NCBI GenBank assembly: GCA_016196825.1
Contig: JACPWY010000010.1
Span: 233,355 to 297,354 of the forward strand
DNA: 64,000 bases
Direction: 5' to 3'
Source: Deltaproteobacteria bacterium
GTDB taxonomy: Bacteria; Bdellovibrionota; FAC87; UBA2466
Below the pieces are notes generated by a model. The model had not been told where the DNA came from and ran no database searches. It saw only the letters and a program-made list of their open reading frames with translations. Position numbers and translations under genes: made by a program. This document shows, one piece after another, positions 9,698 through 19,684 of the stretch; within the stretch, counting starts at the first letter, position 1; the number at the start of each line of letters is the position of its first letter.

Positions 9698-10075
9698 GTG
9701 ATGGAATTTTTGGGCGTGAATGAGACGGAAAAATTTGAGCAGGCTTGCCGTCATTTCGATTCCGCAGAGTACTTTGAAGCTCATGAGGTCTGGGAAGATC
9801 TTTGGCATATGGCATCAGGGACACGACACGCCTATTTGCAGGGACTTATCCAGGTCGCGGCTGCACTGCATCATTGCCAAAACGGTAATCTCCGGGGGGC
9901 CCGCAAACTCCTTGCTCGGAGTCTCACCTATTTGGAAAAGGCTGGGGCGGGACCCCACGAGGTGGATTTGGTCGTGGTGAAGGATCGGGTCCTGGATATC
10001 GAGCTGGCGATGCAGGCGATCGATGAGGGTAAACTGATGGAGCTACCCTATTTTTTGCTTCCCCGATTAAAATGA
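9698..10075 (+). CDS. DUF309 domain protein
   Basis: FDSAEYFEAHEVWEDLW...YLQGLIQVAAALHH matches the DUF309 signature. Confidence 0.6.
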   Translation: MMEFLGVNETEKFEQACRHFDSAEYFEAHEVWEDLWHMASGTRHAYLQGLIQVAAALHHCQNGNLRGARKLLARSLTYLEKAGAGPHEVDLVVVKDRVLDIELAMQAIDEGKLMELPYFLLPRLK

Positions 10076-10078
10076 GGG

Positions 10079-10987
10079 GTGATGGGCCACGGCCACGAAC
10101 ATTGCGATCATAAGGGGAACTGGGAGAGCCGGGCTCTTAAGATCGTTTTCTTCCTGACTGTGATCTACATGATCGCTGAGGTTGTGGGCGGGATCATGAG
10201 TGGGTCGTTGTCGCTCATCGCGGACGCGGGCCATATGGCGACCGATGCGGCTTCTCTTCTACTCAGTCTTTTTGCGAGTTGGGTGGCCACGAAGCCGGCC
10301 GACAAAGAAAAGACCTATGGGTACTACCGAGCCGAGATTCTCGCGGCGCTTGTTAATGGCGCGGCTCTGATCGGAATCACGGGCTGGATACTCTATGAGG
10401 CCTGGGTCCGTTTGAAGGCGCCGCTGGCGATCAACGCGCCTGTGATGGGGGCGGTGGCTCTTGGCGGTCTCGTCGTTAATTTGGTGAGTTTGCGCTTTCT
10501 CCACGGGGCTCAGGGACACTCTCACGGGAACCTAAATCTTCACGGTGTGTGGCTGCATGTCGCGAGCGATGCGCTCGGATCGATCTCAGCGATGATTGCT
10601 GCGTTTCTGGTGTGGCAGTTCAATTGGGTATGGGCTGACGCCGTGACCTCGGTTTTGATCTCGGCTTTGATCTTGGTGGGATCGGTGAGGCTTGTGACCC
10701 ATTGTGTGGATGTGCTTTTGGAGTCTGTTCCTCGGGGGCTTGTCTTGGATGATATCCGAAAAGAGATTGGATCGGTTCGGCAGGTGTGCGAGGTGCATGA
10801 TCTTCATGTGTGGTCGATGACAAACGGAGTGCACGCGATGAGTGCGCATGTGTGTGTGGAGGAAAGCGCGGATCACGCTGGTATCCTGCGCCAGATCACG
10901 GAACTTCTTAACACGCGATTTGGGATTGATCATGCGACCGTTCAACTCGAGCCGCCGAGCTTTGTGCACTCACCACTTCATCTGTGA
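10079..10987 (+). CDS. Cation diffusion facilitator (CzcD/ZitB-type Zn/Co/Cd efflux) transporter
   Basis: His-rich N-terminus (GHGHEHCDH). Six TM segments with the SLIADAGHMATD motif. C-terminal cytoplasmic domain. Confidence 0.85.
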   Translation: MMGHGHEHCDHKGNWESRALKIVFFLTVIYMIAEVVGGIMSGSLSLIADAGHMATDAASLLLSLFASWVATKPADKEKTYGYYRAEILAALVNGAALIGITGWILYEAWVRLKAPLAINAPVMGAVALGGLVVNLVSLRFLHGAQGHSHGNLNLHGVWLHVASDALGSISAMIAAFLVWQFNWVWADAVTSVLISALILVGSVRLVTHCVDVLLESVPRGLVLDDIRKEIGSVRQVCEVHDLHVWSMTNGVHAMSAHVCVEESADHAGILRQITELLNTRFGIDHATVQLEPPSFVHSPLHL

Positions 10988-11033
10988 CGCGATCGTTCGT
11001 TTCGGAGATTCCCCACAACTGTAAACTATTGAA

Positions 11034-11987
11034 ATGCTCACACTTCCCGCGGCGCCCAATGGCAAGATCGGCTGGCCTTGGACTGGGACGCATACCGCTG
11101 TGACTGGGGGTGAATGGCCCCGGATCACCATAGTTACGCCCAATTTCAATCAAGGCCGCTTCATCGAAAGGATGTTTCGTTCGATTCACGGGCAGAGTTA
11201 TCCCAATCTCGAGCACATCGTGATTGATGCGGCCTCAACGGACGAGAGCCTGGCCGTCATTCGGCGCTATGAGAGTCTCCTCTATTATTGGGTGAGCGAA
11301 AAGGATCGGGGACAGACGCACGGGATCAATAAGGGGTTAGAGCGAGCGACCGGTGAGATCGTGAATTGGGTGAATGCCGACGATATTTTGTATGATGGAG
11401 CGCTATTTGAGGTGGCGCGGGCCTGGAAAGCGGATCGCCCACACCTCTTCATCGGCGCTTCGGTAGACGTAGATGTCGATGGTCGCGAGTTGAAGCGCAA
11501 TTTGCCGCGGCTCCGGGAAAACCCCCTCTGGTTGATGGCCTATTGGGAGAGCGTGGTGCCTCAGCCCTCCACGTTTTTTTCGCGATCCTTGCTACAATCG
11601 GTGGGTCCGTTGGATGAGAAAATGAACTACCGAATGGATTGGGAATTCTATCTGCGGGCCATCAGCCATCTGGGCAAGGAGCTCCGGATTGCGAAGACTG
11701 ATGTGTTTCTTTCAGAGATCACCTATCATGCTGATTGTAAAAGCATGAATTCGAGCACCGGTTTTAACGCTGAGGCGATCGCGGTTTGGCGGAAACTCAT
11801 GCCGCGCCTGCCATTGAGTTTTCGTGTGCGCGCGCGCCTGTGGCTCAACTGGTTTGAATCCATGGACAAGGTAGAGGCCGGCCGGGCAAAAGGCCGGGGG
11901 TACCTTCTTTGGCGGGTCCTCTCCGACCCGAAAACCTGGCCCTACCGCTTTACTTGGGGCGCTCTCAAGCAGTCCCTCTTTCCCTGA
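11034..11987 (+). CDS. Family 2 glycosyltransferase
   Basis: ITIVTPNFNQGRFIERMFRSIHGQSYPNLEHIVIDAASTDES...VNADD (GT-A fold with DxD). Confidence 0.8.
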   Translation: MLTLPAAPNGKIGWPWTGTHTAVTGGEWPRITIVTPNFNQGRFIERMFRSIHGQSYPNLEHIVIDAASTDESLAVIRRYESLLYYWVSEKDRGQTHGINKGLERATGEIVNWVNADDILYDGALFEVARAWKADRPHLFIGASVDVDVDGRELKRNLPRLRENPLWLMAYWESVVPQPSTFFSRSLLQSVGPLDEKMNYRMDWEFYLRAISHLGKELRIAKTDVFLSEITYHADCKSMNSSTGFNAEAIAVWRKLMPRLPLSFRVRARLWLNWFESMDKVEAGRAKGRGYLLWRVLSDPKTWPYRFTWGALKQSLFP

Positions 11988-12035
11988 CAAACTTGTCAGT
12001 TTTCCCTGGTGAATGGCTCTGGTAACGTGCCACTC

Positions 12036-13769
12036 ATGAAAAATATCCTCTGTCTTTCTTTGGTCTTGATCGCTGTGGCCTGTGCGAAAAAGGAGGTGAA
12101 CCCCTCCGTTGTTAACCTGGATGCAATCCCAGATGACTGCTTCGCCTATCGAGAATCCGAATTGGGCTCGTACATTAAGATGGGCCAGGTTTCCTGCGTT
12201 AAGCATGCGCTGGTTTCGGGGGTTGATGGCAACGGCGATTTCAATGATACCTTCTGGGGTACGAAGAAGCCGCTTCTGGCGATGGCGCTCGAAGACGATT
12301 CTCTTTTCTTCATGAAGAACAGTGAGTACGGAGCGGCGTCCATTGTGGCGCTCCTTCTTACTCATGGAGGCGACGTCAACCGGACGTTTGCCGATGGACA
12401 GAGCTTTTTGGAAAAGGCGGTGAGGATAGCGGCCGATTCGGAACCGGTGACGATGTATGTGGTCAGCTATCCGAAAGTGAATGTGAATCAGCGTTCGGTT
12501 GGCGGTTTTCCTTCGGAGATTGCCGTTGAGCTCGGTCGCGAGGCGGTGGCGAAGGCCGTTATCAATGCTGGTGCGGATGTGAATGTGCAGAATGCCCAGA
12601 AAGAATCCTTGCTGCATCGGACGGTGGTGAAGCGGCAGCGGGAGGTTTTTCAGTTGCTCTTGTCCAAGGGGGCGCGTGTGGACACCCAGGATATGAGTGG
12701 AACCTCGCCGCTCATCTCGGCGGTGACGGCACCCGACGACTTTTATTTCAATGAATTGCTGAAAGCTAACGCCAACATTGGGTTGGCGACCAACGATGGC
12801 ACCACGGCTCTTTACTTTGCGGTGTCTCAGGCGCTTGTGGACCGGGCTCAGGCGCTGCTCGGTCGCGGGGCGAGGGTGGTTGTTGTTTCGAAATCGACGG
12901 GGAATGGTCTGCTTCATGTGGTGAGTGATGTGGCTTTGGCTGAGAAACTGGTGGGTGCGGGTTGTTCCATTGAGACGCTCAATAACGCGAAAGAATCGCC
13001 GCTCGCCTCGGCTGTTATTTCCTCGAAGGCGCCTTTGGTTACCTATCTATTGAATAAGGGGGCGAATTTCCGATGGACGGATTCTTCGGGAAGGACGCTT
13101 CTACACATTGCGGTCAGCAACAATACGATTGCTGTTGTGCAGAGTTTGATCCAGAGCGGAGCGAATGTGTCATCGGTGGATCAGCAGGGGGCACAGCCTA
13201 TCGCCTTTGTGGGTTCGGTCGAGGTTTTTGACGCTCTCACGATTGCGGGCGCAGACCCCCTGTCAAAAGATGATCGTGGGCTCCATGCCTTTTCTTCGGT
13301 TTTCTTGAGTTCGCCGGGGAATCTCGCGGTGCTCAAGAAATTTGTCGAGAAGGGGGCGAAGCCGGATGAGGATGTGGCTCTGAATGTTTTTCCACTTCAA
13401 CGTGTGATTCAGGGGGGATTCAGTTTTTCGCAAACGAGTCTGATTGATGTGATCGCGTTCTTGGTTGATGCGGGCGCGAATCCTGATCGGCTAGATCGAA
13501 TGGGCAATGCGCCCGTCCACTACACTCGCGATCTGGAGGTGGTTACGACCTTGGCCAATCACGGGGCCAATCTTTCCGTGAGAGACGGCGCGGGCCGAAC
13601 GCTTCGTATGATCGTGAACGCCTCGGTGACGAATCTCACGGCGAAGCTTGAGGAGATCAAGAAAAAGGGCGAGGAGAAAGCCATAAAGGAAGCGGAGGCC
13701 TCCTATGGTCCACTCATCGCCAAACTGCAGGCGCTTGAGGCCTTCCTAATTGAGAAGGGGGCGCAGTGA
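12036..13769 (+). CDS. Ankyrin-repeat lipoprotein
   Basis: MKNILCLSLVLIAVAC lipobox-type signal (the ORF is open from 12009). Multiple ANK repeats, e.g. GTSPLISAV, GRTLLHIAVSNNTIAVVQSLIQSGANV, GNAPVHYT. Confidence 0.75.
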   Translation: MKNILCLSLVLIAVACAKKEVNPSVVNLDAIPDDCFAYRESELGSYIKMGQVSCVKHALVSGVDGNGDFNDTFWGTKKPLLAMALEDDSLFFMKNSEYGAASIVALLLTHGGDVNRTFADGQSFLEKAVRIAADSEPVTMYVVSYPKVNVNQRSVGGFPSEIAVELGREAVAKAVINAGADVNVQNAQKESLLHRTVVKRQREVFQLLLSKGARVDTQDMSGTSPLISAVTAPDDFYFNELLKANANIGLATNDGTTALYFAVSQALVDRAQALLGRGARVVVVSKSTGNGLLHVVSDVALAEKLVGAGCSIETLNNAKESPLASAVISSKAPLVTYLLNKGANFRWTDSSGRTLLHIAVSNNTIAVVQSLIQSGANVSSVDQQGAQPIAFVGSVEVFDALTIAGADPLSKDDRGLHAFSSVFLSSPGNLAVLKKFVEKGAKPDEDVALNVFPLQRVIQGGFSFSQTSLIDVIAFLVDAGANPDRLDRMGNAPVHYTRDLEVVTTLANHGANLSVRDGAGRTLRMIVNASVTNLTAKLEEIKKKGEEKAIKEAEASYGPLIAKLQALEAFLIEKGAQ

Positions 13770-14912
13770 TTCGGCGAGGCGGCTGGCGAGCCGTTCGTTG
13801 AATTGGGGCGAGTAATGGACATCGTCGACAAAGGCGTGCTGAGCTCCTCGGCAGAGGCCTGAGAGATCGACGTAGTCAGGGGCGCGATAGTTCGCCATGT
13901 TTTTGTAAAAAGTCTGAATTGTAGTGGCGTATTCGGAGGCAACAGCGCGGGATGCGTCCGAGGGTTCGCAGTTGACCGCCCGATTGGGCTGAAGAACAAA
14001 GAGCGGTTTGAAGCCGAACTGTTTTCCGAGAGCTCTCACCTGATCGAGAGTGTTCTTGTAGGACTCAGGGAAAGTGAAAGAAGCCGTTGAAGCAGGGATG
14101 CGATCCTGGAGGCGCCTTTTGAAGGTGGCCTCGCGACGCTTTGAATTGATGAAGTTCACGAGCCGAAACAGGGGGATAAAATCGGGCCAGACGTTCTTGC
14201 GGGGCATGACTTGAGTTTCTTCCCAGAGCGTCTGCATCTTATCTGACCACATCGGCGTGCCGTCGGGACTGAAGACATTCACGCCATCCATGAACACGAC
14301 GGCCTTGGGACGGTAGCCGGAGTGCAGGAGGCGCTGGAGCAGAACCATCTCCTGGTACCAGGAGTAATTGGGGCGCCCGAAGTTGATGACCTCTGCTTTC
14401 AGGTGTGGAGCCAAGTAAGACGGGTAGGTCCATTCGTCTGCGACATGGGTGCCAAACGTGGTGCTGCCCCCAAGAAGGAACACCTTCTTGGGGTTGGGTG
14501 GGGAGCCTGACGGGCGAAAGTCATAGCCGGAGGAATCTGCCGTGATGTTCACGGATGGGCTTTTGAATGGGACATTAGAGTAGGCGACGTAGGGACTGTA
14601 ACGATAGCCAGCCTTTTCAAGGTCGAAGAAGTTGTCGAGGGTAACTTCGACTCGGATGGGATCGACACCTTCAAAGGAACGGAGGTCCACCCACTTCATC
14701 GCGTAGTCCGTGCGGTGGTCGGTGAGGGGCGGCTGGCCCGGGCGGGGTGTGAGGATCTCGGCTCGCGAGGCCCGTTCCCGGGAACGATATTGGAGTTCCC
14801 GGACAGCGAAAACGGCCGCGAGACCCAGGTTGAGGATGAGAAAGACCACTGCCGTATTGGTGACCCACAAGCTGAGATCCAGATACCGTTTCCTCAGCTT
14901 TTCCAGCGGCAT
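13746..14912 (-). CDS. Membrane-anchored SGNH/GDSL-like hydrolase family protein
   Basis: N-terminal TM. Block I-like VFLLGGSTTFG and block V-like DDVHYS (DxxH). Confidence 0.5.
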   Translation of the reverse strand: MPLEKLRKRYLDLSLWVTNTAVVFLILNLGLAAVFAVRELQYRSRERASRAEILTPRPGQPPLTDHRTDYAMKWVDLRSFEGVDPIRVEVTLDNFFDLEKAGYRYSPYVAYSNVPFKSPSVNITADSSGYDFRPSGSPPNPKKVFLLGGSTTFGTHVADEWTYPSYLAPHLKAEVINFGRPNYSWYQEMVLLQRLLHSGYRPKAVVFMDGVNVFSPDGTPMWSDKMQTLWEETQVMPRKNVWPDFIPLFRLVNFINSKRREATFKRRLQDRIPASTASFTFPESYKNTLDQVRALGKQFGFKPLFVLQPNRAVNCEPSDASRAVASEYATTIQTFYKNMANYRAPDYVDLSGLCRGAQHAFVDDVHYSPQFNERLASRLAESLRPLLN

Positions 14913-14987
14913 GCACCCATTCTAGCATGGCCCTAGGCTTAACTTGAATGACGCCCTGATGCGCGGTATGAATGCTCCTTCCTTTGG

Positions 14988-15060
<73 letters not shown>

Positions 15061-15081
15061 CTTTTCTTTGGTTCTCCTCGG

Positions 15082-16116
15082 CTAGCGGAACGCCGCGCGA
15101 CCCAGGAGTTGAGGATTGCCGATTCCTTCTCGGAAGGCTTTGAGCGCCTCGGGGCTTGAGTCGATGCGGAAATTATTGTCGCCTTCGGGAAGCCAGCTGG
15201 ATTCATGCCAGTAGGTTAGGCCTTTGATGCGGGGAAAGCGGCCATCGGTGAGGGCTGAGAATGCCTCTCGAAACCAATCCGCTTTGCCATTCGGGTCTCC
15301 GGGTTTTTCAATCACTCCCATTTCGAGGACGGCCATCGGCTTAATTGCACTGATTGCGGCCATCTCCTGATAGGCGGGTTCGAGCGTTTCGACGAATCCG
15401 CCCCAGTAATCGGAGGGGTATTGGGCGCCGTAAACGCTGAGTCCGATCCAGTCGATTACGTCATCGCCAGGATAATAGTAGGCCATTTTGTTCCAGCTCT
15501 CGGAGGGCTTTCGTTGCGAGTCGAGGTGGAAGAACCAGGTGATGTTGTCGGCACCGGTGGTGCGGCAGACCTGGACGAATCGGCGATAGGCCTGGCGGTA
15601 ATTGTAGGGGCCGTCGGGAATTTCGGGAGAGTAGGTGTGGAGGCCACCTCCATTCCAAAAGCCGCCCCAGCCGTACCAGTCGCCGTTGGGCTCTTGTGCG
15701 AACCCGACGAGAATCGGAGAGCGCACTGATTTTGCTGCGGCGCACCACGAACGGATCTCTTGGTCGAATGTGCCGTTGGCAAAAAGCTCGAGCTGGAATT
15801 TCTTTTCTGGGCCCTCACCTTGCACGCGTTCCGATCGCGGGAGGATTCGGATGAAGGGGACCGTGCCTGACTGAATCACTTCCCTCACTGCCGCCTTGGG
15901 AAAGACCGGGCCATCGGGGAAGTCGTTGAGAATGGTGGCAAAGGCCACCTTCTTTCCAATCAGCGACTCATATTCGGAAATCTTCTTCCGCCAAATCGGC
16001 GCGGGGACTTCGGGTAGATCCGGAAACACTCCTTGATACAAGCCGTGATCGGGCGGGACGAGTTTCGCCGCTGATGCAAATTGAATCAGGGTGATGAGTA
16101 TCGGCGTGATGAGCAT
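15082..16116 (-). CDS. Secreted glycoside hydrolase family 26-like (beta-mannanase-type)
   Basis: The ORF is open to 16479. ATG 16116 has a GAGGAG SD and yields the signal peptide MLITPILITLIQFASAA. Motifs: AQEPNGDWYGWGG (acid/base region), DWIGLSVYG, AVLEMG (nucleophile region). Confidence 0.65.
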   Translation of the reverse strand: MLITPILITLIQFASAAKLVPPDHGLYQGVFPDLPEVPAPIWRKKISEYESLIGKKVAFATILNDFPDGPVFPKAAVREVIQSGTVPFIRILPRSERVQGEGPEKKFQLELFANGTFDQEIRSWCAAAKSVRSPILVGFAQEPNGDWYGWGGFWNGGGLHTYSPEIPDGPYNYRQAYRRFVQVCRTTGADNITWFFHLDSQRKPSESWNKMAYYYPGDDVIDWIGLSVYGAQYPSDYWGGFVETLEPAYQEMAAISAIKPMAVLEMGVIEKPGDPNGKADWFREAFSALTDGRFPRIKGLTYWHESSWLPEGDNNFRIDSSPEALKAFREGIGNPQLLGRAAFR

Positions 16117-16292
16117 TGCAAACTCCTCGCCACTCTTGCACAGCACGTGCCAAAAAGACACACGCGTCTGCGCGGGGCCGGTGTCATTGTGACTCATTGG
16201 TGCGGCACACAGCTTGCAGCGCTCGGATTGATCTGTGCAGTGCAAATTAACGAATTTCCAAAATGAGGAAGTTCCATTACAGGAGGTGAACT

Positions 16293-17378
16293 GTGAATAG
16301 ATGGTTACTGAACACCGGAGCGGTGTGTCTTCTCGCGTGGCCTGCCTTAGGGGTCGATCCATCGCGGCCAACTCCGACCCACCCCAACCCCCATAAGCCG
16401 AATCCCACGAAGCCAATCGTGAATCCAGTGCATCCGAAGCCGACAAAGCCGGTTCCCGTGGTGCAGCCCCATCAGCCACACCCTGGAGGCCATCATACTG
16501 GCGTGAGCGTTGGCGGGAACCCGATCAAAAAGTTACCCGAGCACACGGTGAAGGTGGAGCAGCCGAGCCACCGCTACAACAACTGGGTGCAGAACAACTT
16601 CAAGGGAGCCCATGGCCATTTAAGACAAGTGAGGAAGACGAAGCCGCACATCTACGATCATGTTCACGACTTCGCTCGCCAGTACCGCGATCAGTACAAC
16701 AATCACTGGAACGAACATGGGAAGCGCTACAAGCAGTATTACCATGATGATCGCTATCGCTATTCCTGCAGTCGCTGGTATCCGCGCGGCTTCTACGGCG
16801 GCTATTTCTACCCGGTGAGGCTTTGCCAAGACATCACGATCTATTTCGATTACCCGATCATCTATTGGTTCTACGCGGGTGATTTGGATTACGACTTCTA
16901 TGAGGGGTACTACGGGAACGACTACTATGAATACCCTGTGACGGTGAATCCGTTCGCATCGGTGTTCTATCCGACCGAGACGTTGCAGGACCTTGGCGTG
17001 GATGTGAGCGGCCTCTCGGCCCACAAGCAGTCGCAATTCCGCCAAGGCATCGTGATCATGGTCGATCACTTACGCCAGGCGATCTCGGAGCATCTCCAGG
17101 CCGATTATCAATTCGGCAGCGGCGAGATCGTGTTGAATCACTACGAGAATCTCAAGAACGAGGTTTATGTGCTTGAGGGCTTCGTGAATGGTCAGGGTGT
17201 AAACGTGCCCTTTAAGGCGCTCATCGACCTCGATGACCCCAGTCTCTCGGCGGTGTACGCGGCCTTCGCGGATGATCCCTCAGGCCAAGACACATCGACT
17301 CTGGACTGGATCAACTCGCGCATTCAGCAGTTCGGCGGGAATCCATACCAGGCCTATCTTGAACCGGCTCAGCCCTAA
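16293..17378 (+). CDS. Secreted Pro/His/Lys-repeat, Tyr-rich protein of unknown function
   Basis: AGGAGG SD + GTG start. Signal peptide. PTHPNPHKPNPTKPIVNPVHPKPTKPVPVVQPHQPHPGGHH, then a Tyr/His/Arg/Asp-rich core. Confidence 0.6.
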   Translation: MNRWLLNTGAVCLLAWPALGVDPSRPTPTHPNPHKPNPTKPIVNPVHPKPTKPVPVVQPHQPHPGGHHTGVSVGGNPIKKLPEHTVKVEQPSHRYNNWVQNNFKGAHGHLRQVRKTKPHIYDHVHDFARQYRDQYNNHWNEHGKRYKQYYHDDRYRYSCSRWYPRGFYGGYFYPVRLCQDITIYFDYPIIYWFYAGDLDYDFYEGYYGNDYYEYPVTVNPFASVFYPTETLQDLGVDVSGLSAHKQSQFRQGIVIMVDHLRQAISEHLQADYQFGSGEIVLNHYENLKNEVYVLEGFVNGQGVNVPFKALIDLDDPSLSAVYAAFADDPSGQDTSTLDWINSRIQQFGGNPYQAYLEPAQP

Positions 17379-17394
17379 CGGGCGGTTTGGTTGG

Positions 17395-17430
17395 GGAGGG
17401 CCCCGGCGAGAGGGGGCCCTCCTTTTTCTT
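17395..17430 (+). terminator. Rho-independent terminator
   Basis: GGAGGGCCCC-ggcgaga(g)-GGGGCCCTCC followed by TTTTTCTT, 17 nt after the stop at 17378. Confidence 0.8.
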
Positions 17431-17534
17431 GCACCCACAGCGCAGCGCATCAAAGCAACTATAATACAGTGCGTTAAAAGTTGAATAGAATCAGATAGTT
17501 ATTGCCTGCTGCGTTATGACCCCTTACAAATTCC

Positions 17535-19586
17535 TTGGGGAGGGGTATGACGCTATTCATTATGGTTTTCCATTGGTTTGTCTTGGTGTCTCTGACTTTG
17601 GCTGGGCCGTGTGTGGATCTTCTCTTCGCGGCCAACAACCCCAATCTTCCGGCTCTGCAGCAGTACGCACTTTTTGATTCTCAAGAGGCGATTGATCGCC
17701 GAGACATCCGCCAGTTCCGAGCACAGGTGGGGATTGAGGTCACGCGGCGGAATTCGGCCGGCCGTGCGGTGGAGGGAAAGATTCGCGTTCTTTCCGACAA
17801 CAACGGAAATCTCATCTCGATCCTCGCGGACTTCAACGACTGGGGGAAAAACTTTTTACCCGAGGATCACCTGAAGTGGGTGCCGGGGACTCCCTACTAT
17901 GAGGGGAAGGTTCGGGAGCTTCACGATGGCATGGAGTATCGCTTGATGCTCAATGGAAAGAGTGTTTTGGATCCTGCGGCGGCGCAATTCACAACCCCTG
18001 AGATGATTGAGCGTTTTCGTCCGGGGCGCACACCTTATCTCAATTCGGTCTTTTCGGACGTGGAGGCCTTTGGAACTCAGGTCGCGAAGCCGGTTGATTT
18101 TCGCGGGCGTCCTGTTTTGATATCTGAGATCTCAATCTACGAGCTTGCCGAGAAATGGAGTTTTCGCGGGCAGACCGGCCCGTCCGGGCGGGCCAGCACG
18201 TATCGATTCATTGCAGAATCGGGCCTGGCCAAAGCGATTGCCGAGCGGGGATACACCCATATCGAGTTTCTTCCGTTCAATTCCAGTATGGATGGCAAGA
18301 ATTGGCAGATGCGATACCAAGTCTTCGGCCTTTTCGGGCCAGACTCTCGCTACGGCACGCCGGAAGAATTTCGTCAGATGGTGGCGGCGTTTCGAGGCGA
18401 GGGCGTGGGTGTGATTATGGATGCGGTGTTGGGGCACTATCCCTTCACTGGCAATGAGGGCGTGCGCGCGATCGATGCGATCGGTGTCCACCAATTCATC
18501 AATGGATTTGGAAAACCGGTCTTTGGGAGCCGCCCAACGGTGTGGGGAACCTATCGCTGGGACTATGAGAATCCGTTTGTCCGTCGATTTTTGATTGATT
18601 CGGTCGTGACGATGTTTAAGCAGTATGGGCTCTCTGGAATGCGAATCGACAACGTCGATGGTGTTCGCGAGCAGCCGATGGGGAATCAATTTCTTCGCGA
18701 GCTGAGTGCGGAGTTGCGAGCCTATGTTCCCGAGGCCGTGGTTCTTGGAGAGATGTTTTCTGATCAGACCCCGTCATTGACCTCCGTGGATCGCGGAGGG
18801 ATGGGTTTCCACGGGGCAAATGACGTCGATTTTTTCTACAGCTTCGTTCAGCGGTATCTGCAGGCCTTTGACGATCAGATCCAGATGGAGCGCCTCGAGT
18901 CCTACTTGGGCGATTCGTGGCGTTGGGATCGCGTGCCGATGCAGCGCTGGGTGACCAACCACGATGAAGCGGCGAATCCGCAGCCGGGCGCGAGTGGTCA
19001 GTACGTGGCTTCCCTTGTCGCTGGCGGTGGGTGGAGTTTTGTTGAGGCGAAATCGAAAGTCTGGGGCACTTTGGGTATGACGTTGGGCTCGATCTATCTC
19101 GATATGCCGCAGATGCGTCTTCTTCAGGAGGGGAGCTTCAACTCGAACCCCGCCGTGGATTGGTCCCTCCTCAAGCATGAGTCGCAAATGAAGGTGGATC
19201 GGTTCTTCACTCAGCTCACGAAAATGGTGCGCGACGGCAGCGAGTTCTTGCCGGAAAACCTCCACCCGGCCATCTCCAATCATCTCGATCACGACAATAA
19301 GGTGATCTCGCTGATGCGACTCAATTACAAGACGATGAGAAAGACCTACACCCTGATCAATCTCGGGAGTCGGCGTCTCACCGATTACTCATTCGGAGTC
19401 GACGCAACACGGGGGAAAAAGTTTGAGGTACTCCTCAACAGCGATTCGAAAGAGTACGCGGGGCAAGGACTTCTGCGGGTGACGGAACTCGCACCCCGCG
19501 CGGAAGGCACTCACGGAAAACCAAATCAGCTGGTGGTTCCAGTGCTGGCCCCGATGAGCGCGCTGATTCTGCGAGAGGCAGAGTAA
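17535..19586 (+). CDS. Secreted GH13 alpha-amylase-family enzyme (branching-enzyme-like subfamily)
   Basis: GH13 regions DAVLGHYP, GMRIDNVDG, LGEMFS, WVTNHDEA. N-terminal hydrophobic signal. The start may be ATG 17547. Confidence 0.75.
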   Translation: MGRGMTLFIMVFHWFVLVSLTLAGPCVDLLFAANNPNLPALQQYALFDSQEAIDRRDIRQFRAQVGIEVTRRNSAGRAVEGKIRVLSDNNGNLISILADFNDWGKNFLPEDHLKWVPGTPYYEGKVRELHDGMEYRLMLNGKSVLDPAAAQFTTPEMIERFRPGRTPYLNSVFSDVEAFGTQVAKPVDFRGRPVLISEISIYELAEKWSFRGQTGPSGRASTYRFIAESGLAKAIAERGYTHIEFLPFNSSMDGKNWQMRYQVFGLFGPDSRYGTPEEFRQMVAAFRGEGVGVIMDAVLGHYPFTGNEGVRAIDAIGVHQFINGFGKPVFGSRPTVWGTYRWDYENPFVRRFLIDSVVTMFKQYGLSGMRIDNVDGVREQPMGNQFLRELSAELRAYVPEAVVLGEMFSDQTPSLTSVDRGGMGFHGANDVDFFYSFVQRYLQAFDDQIQMERLESYLGDSWRWDRVPMQRWVTNHDEAANPQPGASGQYVASLVAGGGWSFVEAKSKVWGTLGMTLGSIYLDMPQMRLLQEGSFNSNPAVDWSLLKHESQMKVDRFFTQLTKMVRDGSEFLPENLHPAISNHLDHDNKVISLMRLNYKTMRKTYTLINLGSRRLTDYSFGVDATRGKKFEVLLNSDSKEYAGQGLLRVTELAPRAEGTHGKPNQLVVPVLAPMSALILREAE

Positions 19587-19684
19587 CTACGGCATGGGTC
19601 CCGCCACCGCTGCTTCACATGTACGTCCTCGCGGTCGGCCAAATTCCCCTCGCCGATTGTACCAAATTCAATCGAGCTGGGGGT

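Noticed and set aside
11712-12917. 401-aa ORF on the minus strand
   Set aside because: It lies antisense to the 3' end of the GT2 gene and the 5' third of the ankyrin gene, both of which have clear family motifs. The translation is Arg/His/Pro-rich with no motif, which is a typical shadow ORF in GC-rich DNA.
16117-16479. 121-aa N-terminal extension of the GH26 ORF
   Set aside because: The extension has no signal peptide and runs into the divergent promoter region and the neighbouring gene start. The internal ATG 16116 has a GAGGAG SD and yields a proper signal peptide.
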